NCBI GenBank assembly: GCA_000934665.2 | Contig: JYFJ02000128.1 | Span: forward strand, 62,001 to 126,000 | Direction of reading: 5' to 3' | Origin: Catajapyx aquilonaris | Lineage: Eukaryota | DNA: 64,000 bases | Part shown: positions 38,701 to 51,916 of the stretch, piece after piece | Position numbering within the stretch: position 1 is the stretch's first letter | Layout: each line of letters starts with the position of its first letter | Program-made: the position numbers and the translations under genes | Notes under the pieces: model-generated | Seen by the model: only the letters and a program-made list of their open reading frames with translations | Told to the model about the DNA's origin: nothing | The model's database searches: none

Positions 38701-41700
38701 CGCTGGGTGGTGAAACCATAGTGAACACCTTCCCTTGAGCAAGGCTACTCTTGTACTTTTTTCTCCAGGTCCCTTCCCAGCCTCACCTATTCAATTACGG
38801 GGCGCCCTAACCAACAGGTGTCTCGATTTGGAGGGAGCTCCACAGGAGAAAAACAGGAACATGAGATCAGCCTCCTGGATCCTCGCGGCATTTGATCCAA
38901 GCAAGGAAAGGCTAAGAAAGAACACTTCGCGTGCTGAGGGTCTCCAGAAAATTGAATGAAACCCCGAGCACCAGCCTGTGCTGCAAAAACCTCTCTCAAA
39001 AGCTTCCTGTACGCCTACTATACTCTCTAGGGTTTGCTTTTTATGGGAGGGCTTTCCCGCCGTAAATGGAATGTATGAATCGAGGTCCCCCTGCCACATT
39101 TCTCAATGGGTGAAGCCAAAGAGAAAGGAATTTTGATGCGACACCCCAAACTTGGCTATGATCATGAGGAAGAGCACAAGTAAGGTATTGTCCAAGGGTG
39201 TGCTTCACAATCCATATAAAGCAATAGAACACACAAATTGCCTGGAAACTTTTGTTGATATGTGCCAGCCGATACTGTACAACATGTAGTTAAATAATGC
39301 GAAATCGTGCAGTGCTACCATATACTGCCACAAGGTCAAAATTCGCGTAAAGATAAAATCAGCAGTGCCCACAATAGCAACTACTATCAACAAACTCTAT
39401 ACCGCAATATTACGCAAAAACCATTACGCAACTTCTAGTACACCCCTTTTCCTCCAACCGCAAATCCCCGTACGGCACAAGGCCAACATTCCATAAATTA
39501 AAATAATTAAAACCCCTTCCAGAGATACACCCTTCAGCAGACGTTCCATACGCACATAAATAGTGATCTCATCTCCCATGAATGAACCGTGGGCCGGCCC
39601 ACATTAGCCGTGATTTAATAGCCGTCTCCCGCCCATGCACTCAATCACCCCCAATCTCTCAATAGCATTGATTCAAGATTGATACTTTTTATCATGGTGC
39701 TTCCTGTCTGCAACAATGTCCGGTAGTGTACGTAAGTCCCTTCAAAAAAACACAGTGTGGGTAGCACCCGCACCCATTATGTGACCTTCTGGCGGAGTCC
39801 TTCACCCGTCGGTACGATTGAATGCGCTGGTTTTCTCTAGTCGGAATATCACCCACGCAAAAGCAGCATCCCACATGCGTCTGAGTCGCACCACAGGGTT
39901 CGGTGTCACCAGTGGTGACAACAAAAGGCGTGGTTCTTGAATGCCTGCGAGCGTTGCAAAAGGTGTCAAAGTTACATGCTCCGGCTACTTGAAACCGTCT
40001 AATTAAATTAAGGTCTGCTTGACCCCGGTACGGGTCCGTAGAAAATTAAGACGCGTGGTTGCATCCAGCCCCCCCTTCACCTGGGCAAACACTCCACCAA
40101 CCTGTCGACCGCATTCCTCCAGTATGCAAATGTGGGGGTGTCTGATATCATCACGGCTTGAAACAATCCGGCTCCCTGTCTCCAGGGCGTTGTCGCGCAA
40201 TGGAGTCAAATGGTAATGGTATTATTGACACTTTTTGTTGCATCGCGTCGTGGGTCGTGCGATAAATAGTGACCATGACTTTCAGACAATGGGTCATATT
40301 CATATGTAACTGGTGGACGAAGACAATTAGTTCACACTAGTCTCGGGCTATTTTAGTCCACAATACTCTCAGACTAAGGCGTTTAAGCCAATCTTGTCTC
40401 CCGAGTCATATCTTTAAAAAAAATTAAAAAATCGACATAGCTACAGTGTGTTGTTGTAAATGTGATCCATAACGTGCATTTATTGTCGACAAAAAATAGG
40501 CGATATTCGGGATTTTTCCCTATTTTCTGCTCATCTCTGCAAATATTTCTGGTCACTCGCCGGAACAGGATCCGGGCACATTCACATCGATGGAATACCG
40601 CTCACAAAACCCTTGCCACACAGAGTGGTCCGAATGGCACTCCACTCTTTTTGGAGGCTCAAACTAATGTCTCTCTGGAATTAAACTAACGTGCATCAGC
40701 ATGTGCAGTTTTTGAATCTATTGCTTAGCATATGAGTTTTGGCTGGCCTGTATCAACACCCTTAACACCAGACACCTGGACTCATCTACATACACCAGAC
40801 GCCCCACAAAAATATCAGCATCACATTAATTTCTGTAGACAGATATACGCAGGAAACCGAACGCTTCGCCGGGTCTCTGCTCTTCACTTCACCCTCACTC
40901 GCTCACACTCACACACATGCCGACAACATCCCACGTACAAACGTGCATGGAATATGCAAACCGCATTACTACCTGCTGGCCTCATCTTTCAAGTGGCTGA
41001 GAGAGGACCCCGGGTGAACAAAAAAGATGAAAAAAACGGGATAGGATTTTTTGGGGTCGTACAAGGCCATATTATGAACCCAGGTGGGTGTGATGTTCAC
41101 GGGTAAAAGTTTTGTCCTACGACACCCCCCTTGGTTAGGCCTATAATCCTAGCCGAGCTATATGCCCTTGCAAACCAGATCACACCCCTGTTGGCAATTC
41201 AACAAGATGCGTGAATCACCTGACCTTTTCGAAGGGGAATATTTGAATCATTCGTAGTTCATGGCCACACTGACCTTCTAGCTTCTACAGGTTGTAAATC
41301 TTTCTGAAGAGGTCAATAAACAATGGGCATCACAACTTTATTCATTTGGCAAATTGGTAATCGGCCTGTGGACATCTGACAAGCGGCCTCCAATTAGGCC
41401 TACCTGACAGGTAAGTCACTGGTGGTCCGCTGATTATAAAAAAGGTGACCTCCTACATCTTGTCAATGTCTGGGTCGCCGACGGCAACCTTGAGACTCCA
41501 GTCCATTCCGTGCTTCTTCAGACAGGAGAGCTAAGCATCCCCCCGGAGAAGGTCAGATAGGAAATCCCTTCCGACCCGGTGCATCACTTGGCAATCTCTC
41601 AAACAAGATGTTGCCAAATGTATATTCAATTTATTCCTGTTCGACCCTCAAAAGCATGTTCACATTACATAAGTTTGTTTGGAATTCACTGTCAGCACTT

Positions 41701-44700
41701 GATCTTACAAACACATACCTGATGCCAAAATTTACGAGGTCACTCGATGCCCCCCATGGCCTCAGTTTACACCTGTGAAGTAGCCTAAACATATCCCACA
41801 GTTTGAATAATTGTGGTATCGCCCCTTATGACAGGCTGACATTGCTTATGACTCACACCCTGTACTGTATAGAATAAAATGAATGCTCCAACTGGTCCAA
41901 TTCGTATTCCTTCCAGCCACTCCCCATCCTATACTCCTCCTCCAGTGTGCCAAAAAACCACAGACCTATTTTTATCTAAGGCTATCTCTTCCAACACCCG
42001 GAAGCAGACTGAAGCAGCACGGGAAGTGTAGGCCGCACCTATAAAACCCCTATATTCTAGGAAAGGTGGCAGAAAATTCCAAGCTAAAATATGGCGATTT
42101 ACCCGTCTAGTTCACTTCCTGAAACTGTAAAAATCCAGCCCGTCCATAAAACCTAGAGGACTCGGCACGTGTTTACTTCCCATAGGCATGCGATGGATTA
42201 CAAATGGCGGGGAGGGGTTGCTCCTCCGGAAAAGATCAGGTGCCAAATTGGGACTTGCTTCTCGGTTGCCAAGGAATCCGGCGTCTTTTTAGTGTTTACA
42301 CGGTCCTGGTATAGGCAAACTGTAGACCCTTGCAATGGCCCATGGCAACAGCAACCACAATGGAAGAGAGAGAGACAAAGAGGGCTGCTTTCGAGTCGTT
42401 TAATAGCTACACGGTTGTTAGGTGTTCACTGATCTGTTGGCGATGGTGCCAAGTTGCATAGGGCTCAGTATACCGCATTTTAATTAATAATGCACAATTC
42501 GCAAGTGTATCGGTTTCATAACTCATCCAGATCCACACCTGTACCAGACGTTTACAAGCCGCTGAATACATTCAAAATAAACGAATAAACAGATGGCCAT
42601 GTTCCCATCAAACAACAAGCCTTACTCGTATAACACTCAAAAATAGACACACTATTTCAAAAAAATGGCCGCCCGCATGACATCACTGGAACCAAAGGGT
42701 TGCAAGTCCGGAAGAGCATGAAAACAAAGCCAGCTGCATGTGTGTAACAATCGGCATCAAATCTGCATACACGTGCGTTGAAAGGGCTACAGGAATAAAA
42801 ATTTGCCCTCCTATATACCACTTGATGTTTCTTGGACCAGAAGAACATTCCTCCGGTTCAGGGACACAACTTGAAAAGAGCTATGTGAAGAAGGGTCTGG
42901 GGTTGGGTTAGGTGGGTGGGAGTGGGAGGGGGGTAGGATATATTATGATGGGAGGGTTTCTTGAGAAGGAGGGCAGCCCCCCCAAGAAAAGAAGAAACAG
43001 TCCAGATTTTCTTCTCATCTTCTTCCCAGCCTGAAATTTTCTACTAAATGTGGCTTCACAGCTAGGGGTTTCTCGTTTTTTGAAACGTCTGCTCGGAAAT
43101 ATTTTAGCCCAGTTACGTCAATAGGCTGCCTCGCAAAGTTTGTTGTGGTGGGTTAGGGAGGAAAAAATTGGGTGTAATTATTTTCTCTCCGTTTCGTCCC
43201 CTCTCTCTCTAGTATATATTTTTTTTTCGCCAAAAAGCGAGTGGAAAGTTGGAATGTATTCCACTGACAGCGAGTGCTGTGGTTTCCACGTCTGGTTAGG
43301 ATAGGACTGCGGATATTTTACTTCGTCTCCAAAAAGGCAGACTTCGCCTTGGAAACATAGAGTGAGTTAAGCAATATACACCGCATTGATAGAATTCGGC
43401 GAGAATTCTTCTCAAATGTTCATCCATGCATGTAATTTATCAGGACAAGAAGTTTAAATCATTCATAAGCATTGGAAGATGGTTCTAAACACTTTTAGGA
43501 ATGTCAAAACAAATCAGCCCTAAATCTGCTGTAAATTAAGTTACTTTTCTTGCTGTAGCAAAATATAGCTCGCCATTTTGCATTACGTCAATTTCCATTG
43601 AGTGCTCTTTTCAAATTTAATCACCAATATTTCTTCCAACTCGGTGGCGCCTTTTTGACACCCAATACTCTACCGGGGATATACATAAATGAATATATGA
43701 ATATCTGAATCCGACTCCCTCATTCAGAGCCGTCTCACGTCTCGCAAAAGCCGCAATGCAATACCAACATGCAGCAAACTGACCACAATTTCCTGTGCAA
43801 TCTAACACGTGCGAAACGTCCAACAATACCTTCCGTCCGACAAACAACCCGAAACCGGTCTCTGCTTGACCCCAACTTATAATCGTCCTCTAACCTTCGA
43901 TATAAAAAAAGTGATTCAACCATTAACAATGTGAGACCACTGTTATCGCAAATAAACGTGAACCGCCTCTAGACCACAACCTACAATCAACATCGACCGC
44001 GGTGAAACAGAAATGATCGTGTACAAGACAGGCCTTAAAATGCGCCTACGTCCGGAAATTAAATCGAGCCAGTAGGTCAAACTACCAAAAAAAAAAGTCA
44101 AACTACTTAAAAAAAAGTCAACCGAAAAACAGCCAAACCTTACCTCTCGAAAATTGTAGAGAATCTGTAGCAAAAACGCTCGCCGTCACTCTGGAGCCGA
44201 AAGTATCGACTTGGAGAAGAAGCCAAGTATAGAAGGACATGGATTTTGGCCAGCCATAAAATATAGGGTTTCTACTTCTTTTTTGGAGAATTGCTAATTT
44301 GCAAGCACATTTAAAGGGTGACTGTAGTTTGGGACAGTGATTGGTTATCGCCATTTGCCAATATTTGGTTTTTTTGTGTGTGTACAAGTTGGGGGGGGAA
44401 GAGTCAGTGCTATCGCTGAATTTCCTGGTTGCCACAAAAGCTATTACAGATAAGAAATTATTACTGTTTCGCAGCATGTCGTAAATGTAGTGCATTGCTA
44501 CTGTTCTCCGCGCTTATCGTCCGGAAGTTCTCGTATAAACGCGCGTTTCGAGAAGTGCGAGCAGATACGATGAACCAAGTTCAATCACTCAATTGCTTTT
44601 CAACACTCGACGATAACGATTTTTTTTTTCCTCTGTGTGCGAACCGTTACCCAACAGCTGAAGTGTGGCACTTCCATTCGAGTTCCCAACCCGATTTGTA

Positions 44701-45419
44701 ACTGAAGCGCTTTTTCTTCTTTCTGCAAGCTTTTACCAGAACTTGTGGGAATGAACTATAGGGCATCTACCCTACGGTACACTTCAACAATTTTTATCGT
44801 AAATACTGTCGCTTCTGTCCTAGCTATAAATTGATCATTTTGGTGTTCTGTGGAGTGCACAGCTTTTTACTGTTTACTAAATTATACCTATGGAATATTA
44901 AATCGAAAAAATGTGTCATGTAACGAAACACATTTATTTACATTATTTATTAAATTTATTGAAACTGATTCATTATGTTAGATAATTTCAGAGAAGACGG
45001 GGCTTGCTCATGCGCTGCGAGGGACGTATCGTCACGAACGTCAGCCAATGAAAAGCCTTTGATCCAACGTTGGCAGCGTGTTACGCGCGCGCTTCAAACC
45101 CGCGCAAGTCCCGGTCAGGACACAAACATAATACCCTGAAAGTTTTCCGGTATGTCCTTTTGCTCCCTGACTATGTTTCAACGTCAAATCATGCCCAAAT
45201 TAACTGCTCTGCGAAGCAGCCCTGCAGTATTCTCGCTTCAATTGCCAGGCTCCTGCAAGTCTCAAAAGTTCAAACCGGCATCTGGCACCAGGGAATAGAA
45301 ACTTTTCGTCACGCACTCCCATGGATTAACTCTACCCCAAACTCTGTCCTACGAAGTAATTGCATCCCTGGATTAAGCCAAGAACAGCATTAGTATTCAC
45401 GCCCAAAAGCCGGCTCCAA

Positions 45420-45680
45420 AAATAAACCCTAGGTACTAAAAATTCGTGTCCGACGATCGCGTGAAGACAAAGAACTGGTAGGAAACCAAAACAAGGCATT
45501 GCATAACGCAACCTTGCGTAACTCACGCCCCAAACTCGCTTGTAAAACATGCGCAAAGGCGGCAAAACCGGTAACAAGAAACCTACTGCACCCGACCGGC
45601 TTAATGCATACCCCGGTATATATTTTTAGTCCATAATTCACTTTTTTTACAAGCCGCACATCATCACCCACGTTGTCATG
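45420..45680 (-). mobile_element. Possible Ty1/copia reverse transcriptase remnant
   Basis: DDVRLVKKVNYGLK resembles copia V.RL.KSLYGLKQ. PLRMFY...GF...CL...VY follows in an adjacent frame. Confidence 0.3.
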
Positions 45681-47175
45681 TGGACGATATTTCAAAGGGT
45701 GGATAGAATAACAGATTACAGGAAACCATACATTTGCCAGATGATGCCAGTTTAGTTATGCTAGCCAGCGTGTGGTGTTGGTTGACGATGCATGATATCA
45801 GAAGAGTTTATAGCTAGTGATTCGAAGGTACGCTGTCCCAGTCTCACAAAATTCATCCAGTTTGTAGCAAAATTAAAGAGTGTTTTTTTTTTTCTGAAAC
45901 TCTCATGATTTACGCAGAAGCAACCTAGTGCACCCACAGCAATATCCTGAAAGCGGCAGTTATCTTGAATTTATGAAATGGAGTTTCCCCGACCTTCGCT
46001 TCGTTCGAACATATCTTATTCATCCATTGAGCCTGAACCGCATCCAAATCCCTCTTATGTTTACTTTCTCACCGTCTGTCTCCCCAAGAAAATCAGCCTC
46101 CCTGTGAAACATTACATGGTCAGTAGCGACCTACAGTATAATCAGATTGATAGTGATCATGATATGAGAGCCCTCAACACAACCTCTTTAAATCACGATT
46201 GAATAGTGTATCTCAGCTAAATTGCTCCGTATAAATCTGGTCGGAATGTCGCAACACCAAAAGATGAACCCTCCTTCATATACACCCCTCCAGGGGGCAA
46301 TTTAGGTTGGCCACTGCTCACGACATTGCCTCATATCCAAGGCTGAGTGTGCGTGAGCTACAAGACATGACCTCCTTCCTTCCTGCCTCAAGTAGGCAGC
46401 GAAAGTGTCCCTTTCGCTTTTCACGTTTTCAAAACTAGACACATACACTATACACCCCCCCCCCCCAAAAAAAAACGTGCCATCTTCTGGCATTTTGGTC
46501 TTAAGATGAAGACGTCTGGGGATTAGCAGCCAACTGGAGCGGATTCCGAGCAGTCTTGTGCAGGCGGCCACTCTTAAGTGCTGATTGTAATTCCTCCTTC
46601 CTAGTTCTGCATCGATTCGACCTTAAAATTAAAGCGACTGAAACAAGAAGGAGAATTTTTTGGGTATTCCAAAAACGCCACCTGCTTTTCGACTTGTCTT
46701 CAGCTCAGGAGGTAAACATTCGAGACGTGTGGCTACATAATGAGGGAGGGCGCCTGTTAAAATAAATAAATTGGGGTGTACTCGGAAAATAAATCACCAT
46801 GACCTGCCTCGCCTATTTTAGCTGCGGAAGAAACTAGGGTGCTGGTAGGGGGGCAGAGAGAGAAATGGTCCTCTACTTATGTTACATCCTGAAAAGTTTC
46901 GCGTCCAGACAGACAGGGTCGCATTCCTCCAATTGTTTCAGCACTGCACTTCGCCAAATGCAATTGACGCGACCGCTTGCACACCTGCTGCACTCTACAG
47001 TATCCGACGTCTACGTGTTCTTCTCCTACATGTCTCCTTTCTAATGGTAATTCATTCTGGAGCTGTACTCTAAGTAGAACACTTCATGCAACTGCAGCTG
47101 GCAATGGCTCCGAAATTCGTGAAAAATTAGGGTTTAGTCCAGACTTACAGTATTTCTAAGTATGCCTAAATAATA

Positions 47176-47176
<1 letters not shown>

Positions 47177-47233
<57 letters not shown>
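47177..47233 (+). repeat. (ATT)19 perfect microsatellite
   Basis: Directly visible. It produces the poly-Ile spurious ORF 47134..47334. Confidence 0.97.
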
Positions 47234-47235
<2 letters not shown>

Positions 47236-47379
47236 ATTTGCGTGAAACCACGACACATAACAAGTCCATAATTTATGACATACGTGGGCAACGTGGCTAA
47301 CTGTGATTAATATGCAACTGCAACTCGCTAACAACAGCAGCTCGGATCGTTACGTGCCATAATTGTCCCCACCTGGACA

Positions 47380-47490
47380 AATCCGCCAGTGTTGATTGAC
47401 AACATCGCCAAAAATCGTCCTCTTGGGATCACAAAAATGGGATGAATAATTCACCATGAAATCACAGGCTTTCCCAGCAGAAGTCCGATA
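47380..47490 (-). mobile_element. Possible Ty3/gypsy integrase-core remnant
   Basis: TSAGKACDFMVNYSSHFCDPKRTIFGD resembles TA..VA.F.....FG.P..IISD. Short and divergent. Confidence 0.25.
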
Positions 47491-48639
47491 ATTGCCGAAA
47501 CAACCCGACGATGAGAGACGACGTTTAAATCCAGTCCCAGGCAAGTGTTAGGAAAATCCTGGCGTCTCCATCTCCATTAGACCCACCGCAGGCACGTGAA
47601 AGATGGCGTCGGCGTTCCGGGGGTTGATAAAGAGGTGGGTATTGACAAAGAGCCTCGATTAACCACCCAACCGGCGTTTTAAGTCCCCCGCACTCAACCG
47701 GCTCTATAAATGAAGCTTAGGTCGGAACACTGGCGACACCCACCAGCGCTAATGGGAAGGCTATTAATTGTCATTGTTCGGAGGGGTCCGGAGAAGAGAC
47801 AGGATTACCACCCTTTCCACCAGGAAGTTGGCTGAATAAGTCCTGATGCCGACGATGTGATCTGACTTATAAGTATGGGAAGGGATTGGAAGTGTAGCCG
47901 ATCCTTGATCTTTATTTATGACGTCAACTTGTGCTGTCGAGAGTTTCTAACCTGGGGCAGCCCCCATGACACTCCTACCCCAGGCGTATGGAAATCTCCT
48001 CGATATTACCTGCTGGCCCCATAGGGAGGGTTTGAATTGGCGGTTTGAGAGTCTTCGTCCGCCGCCAGGATCGCCACACACTTGGGAACGACACCAGCGC
48101 CGAAGCGGCAACCCACTCCCTACAGTGGAAAGCTGATATGGGCACACGATAAAAGGAGAAGTTTCCTGTGGCATATTATAAGACCGTGACCAGGGGACAT
48201 TTTCTCCCAACTCAGGAAAAATAAGTAGGAATGTGCGTTACACAATATGATGCATCGCAATGCCCTTATATGCCCACGGTGAACACAATAGGTCGAATTT
48301 CCCCATAAGTTTCAGGGTCATCCGTCCGGTTTCTCCAGAAACTTCACGCCGAAATTCAGGTTTCTTTTTGGTATTTTATACACGACTACTTATCAGATTT
48401 TGAAATTTACGTATCGTGACACTATACACGTTTTAACGACTAATAACATCGAACGTGGACGCGGTACTGTACATTAAAAAAAAAACTAGGCAGATATACT
48501 TCCAGGTGAGCAAACATGCTCTCAGGTAGAGAAGCTCCAGGGTGTTTGCCCCAATTCCCTAATCGAATGAGACTGTACATTGCAGTACACTCCAAGTTGC
48601 AATTGTAGCCGTGCAATAACAATACTACCGTTCCAGGGA

Positions 48640-48810
48640 CATAAATTCTCACCTGCCAGGTGCGCAAGTCTGCTGGGCTAGCCCTGATCAAATAATGGTC
48701 ACCCATTTGCCACAGGTTGTATGAAGGACGTGATTTCCCGAACCGTGTAACCATTACACTGCCCATTGACGAGGTCTCGGGTTACTTGATGGTCTTTCTG
48801 ACCTTTCATC
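48640..48810 (+). mobile_element. Possible Ty3/gypsy integrase zinc-finger/N-terminal remnant
   Basis: TCQVRKS...SPI...TLP...SGYLMVF, with an internal stop. Confidence 0.22.
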
Positions 48811-51101
48811 TCTCCTTTGGATTGAGCTTCTTACCTATCGGTCCCGGCGGGGCAATAGTCTCGAGGCAAGGTTTATAGCTCCGGCAACACCTTTGGTAAC
48901 GAGCAAGGAGGGGGGAAAAAATGCACATAACCGCAACGAGACATGCAGCTTTGTTGTGTCTAAGGCGGGCTTGGCGTTTCGGAATTTATGGTGCCAGTTT
49001 TTGGCCGGACCCTATTGGTTCATTGGCAGATGCTCGTATACACGCAACCATCAAAGGCGTGCTTAGCCTGTTTCCTAACAACAGTATTGGTCGTGGACTG
49101 ATAGGCCTGAAGTAGTAATTTCGCGCCTTGGTACCATATTGGTAAAGCAGCTGGTTTGATGGGAGTGCAGAAGTTGCCATTCCAATGAGTAAAAGTGGAA
49201 TGACTGGGTTTATTGTTGCTTTTATGTGCACTACATGGATAACAATTTGTAAACGTTACTCATGTATTCGGCATTTACAATGGCAGTTCACGTGATGTAA
49301 TCGGGGCGTCATAAGTTGTTGAAATTAATACCTAGACCTTTACAAAGTGTGATACGCTTGTTGATAAGGATTCTACATAAGGTATGTGCCACGTTTTCCA
49401 CAGTAAATTTTGGTGTACTCATCAGTCATTTGTAAGAAAATATTTTTAGCGACAGTTATAGGTCATCCACAACCCTACATAATAATGGCACAATTACTCG
49501 TACAATGAGAAAAATGTGAATTCGCACACAAACAACGTGTTTATCTACACTGTAATACAACGCGAAAAGTAAATACAGAATATAATACGTATCCCATTTG
49601 TATACAGACATATGCATGAAATGACAAACTTTTTGATGGCCCTGTTTAAGCATACATGAATGTGTATAGATAGTTGTTTGTCACCTTTAACGTCCGCCGT
49701 GGTTCCGTTTATATGCTATTTCCACTAAAATAGAGCGATCAATATTGCACAAAAAAATGACTGCATAAAAATTTCATTTCAGAGATTTGTCGGCAAAATG
49801 CGCAATAATGTGCCTGCCATTTAGCTAGAGAGCATGAAGCGGAAAACTCTGATGTTTTTTCGGTCAATGACAAGTAACGGGCAAAAATTGCATATTTGCC
49901 CATCGATCGAGAAATACCACAATGACTTCCCAACAGCAACATAAATATCATACTAATTAACCAAACTACAAAACCAATCAATGTCACCTCCAAACATTCG
50001 AGCGAATCCCTGACTTTTCTGATAACCTCACGTCTTTTCGAACCAAAACCGCGCCATATGGAAAGCTACGTAGAATTAGGCGAAGTTAATTGGGTATGCC
50101 CTGCCCATCCTCTGCGCACATTTTTGCTACACACATGGCATACACATCCCCATCAAGCATGCGGGTCAGGATTTCCACCTTGGAACAACATTGCTTCCAT
50201 TACGGCAATTATAAGGCCAAAGGGATGGCGAGGGAATCACCAATGAAGAGAAGGCGAAGAGAGGCAACAATATTGCACAACCCTACACAATCAATCGAGA
50301 AGTACATAACACTTCATAAAGTCTCTACAAAAAATTTCGCAAGTCGGTACTTTCTATGCCAACGGTCACTTTCTGGCAATAAATACATTCGACTCTATCC
50401 TACATTCCCTGCAAATTGGAGGCTTAACATTTGCAAAACTGTGCCGTGCAAGTTGCGATTTCTACGAGAAAACTTGTAAAGAGGCAAGTTCGGCCGAAAA
50501 AGATCCTTGACACTTCTTCCCTGTTGCACTTGGTCGTGAATCACTGGGGCTCCCTCCAAGTCCCACCACCACCACCGCTACCCCCTCCCCCCCCCCCTCT
50601 CTCTTTCTCTCAATACGCATTCCTTTTTTTCTCTCCAAAGGCCGCCTACCAAGCCCGGCAGGTTTTTAGGACCAAAGGATAAGGGTGGCCAGGGTGCAGT
50701 TGTGGGCTACTTCTTCACCACCTGGACCTCCGGTTTTCTTACAAACTCAACAGTTCTGGCAGCATATACGCGGGGGTCTATAATTTGTGCGATTTTTTTT
50801 TTGTATCTGGACGCAGCACAGATGGGGTGCGAGTCGTTTGCTCAGTGTGCCATCTTTGTGAGCATATGAGGGGCTATCCAAGGTGATAATTCAGCATACA
50901 TATTTTGGCTTTTTATAAATGTCTTATTGTATGATAGACTGTGCCCATTTATGTCAAAATGTAAACATCTTTAGGTGAAGAGGAACCTTCCCGCGATGAA
51001 GGAAGCGTAGCAGGAATGAAGATGGTGGGAAAAGAAACATCCGAAAGAAAGCCAGGAACGAAGCCACATCAGGGAAGAAGGTTCCTGCAAAATATTTTAT
51101 T

Positions 51102-51916
51102 TTGAAAGATCACGAATGCAAGCTAAAGTGTGCAGAAAATCTGTCTGTTGAGGATCAAAGAGACATACACATGCAGTTTTGGCGACTTGGTAGCTGGGAT
51201 CTATATACAGACTCAAAGTTTATATGCGGCAGCATCCGTGTTTTGGAATGCATTAGACATAATATGAGGGCCAAGGTGCACAAAGGGCCGAGTAGAAAAT
51301 TCTATTTCCTCAACAAACATGTTCGCAAATCATTCTTTCTGCAGACTGTGTAGCATAGTAGTCAAGGGTGAGTGCAAAGGGCCGTAGAGAGTCAGGATTG
51401 CAATAAGGGTATGCGTAAGAATGATGGCAGAGGTATACAGGACCATCTGCAAACAAAATTCCACAGGAAGAGATCAGTAGAGTTATGAATCAAAGAGACA
51501 AGTTACCCAGGTATCATAGCCATTATATTATAATAGTAGGAAGGACAATAGCAACAGGCTGTACGTTGCACATCTAGTCTATTAATGTCCATGATGTGTT
51601 CCTTGTACAAAGAGGAATGCATCAGAGAGAGCCAGCTTCTATACACTGCTATAGTGATGTATTTAATAAGCACTTTAATTTGTCCGAAGACCATACACGG
51701 ACATGCTATCGATGTGATAAACTGACAAGAATCATTGAACATGGTACCACTAATGCAGAGAAAGAAAAAGCAAGACTACAGAAAGATCTACATCTACGAA
51801 AAGCCGAGTGTGCTGTGAGTATTACGAAGTCACACATCCTACATGCCAAGGAAAATGATTCAATGCGAGTAATTACTTTCGATTTACAAAAAAAGCACTA
51901 CCATGTCCTGCATTGA
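51102..51916 (+). mobile_element. Decayed, frameshifted DNA-transposon transposase fragment, Sola1-like
   Basis: Motifs occur in the expected order across frames: CKLKC...FWRLG, VRKSFFLQT, DGRG, NKIP...LPRYHSHY..SRKDN..RLY, SLYKEEC, YSDVFNKHFNLS...TCYRCD, HLRKA, ITFDLQK. Stops and frameshifts lie between the blocks. The family assignment is from remembered motifs. Confidence 0.65.
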
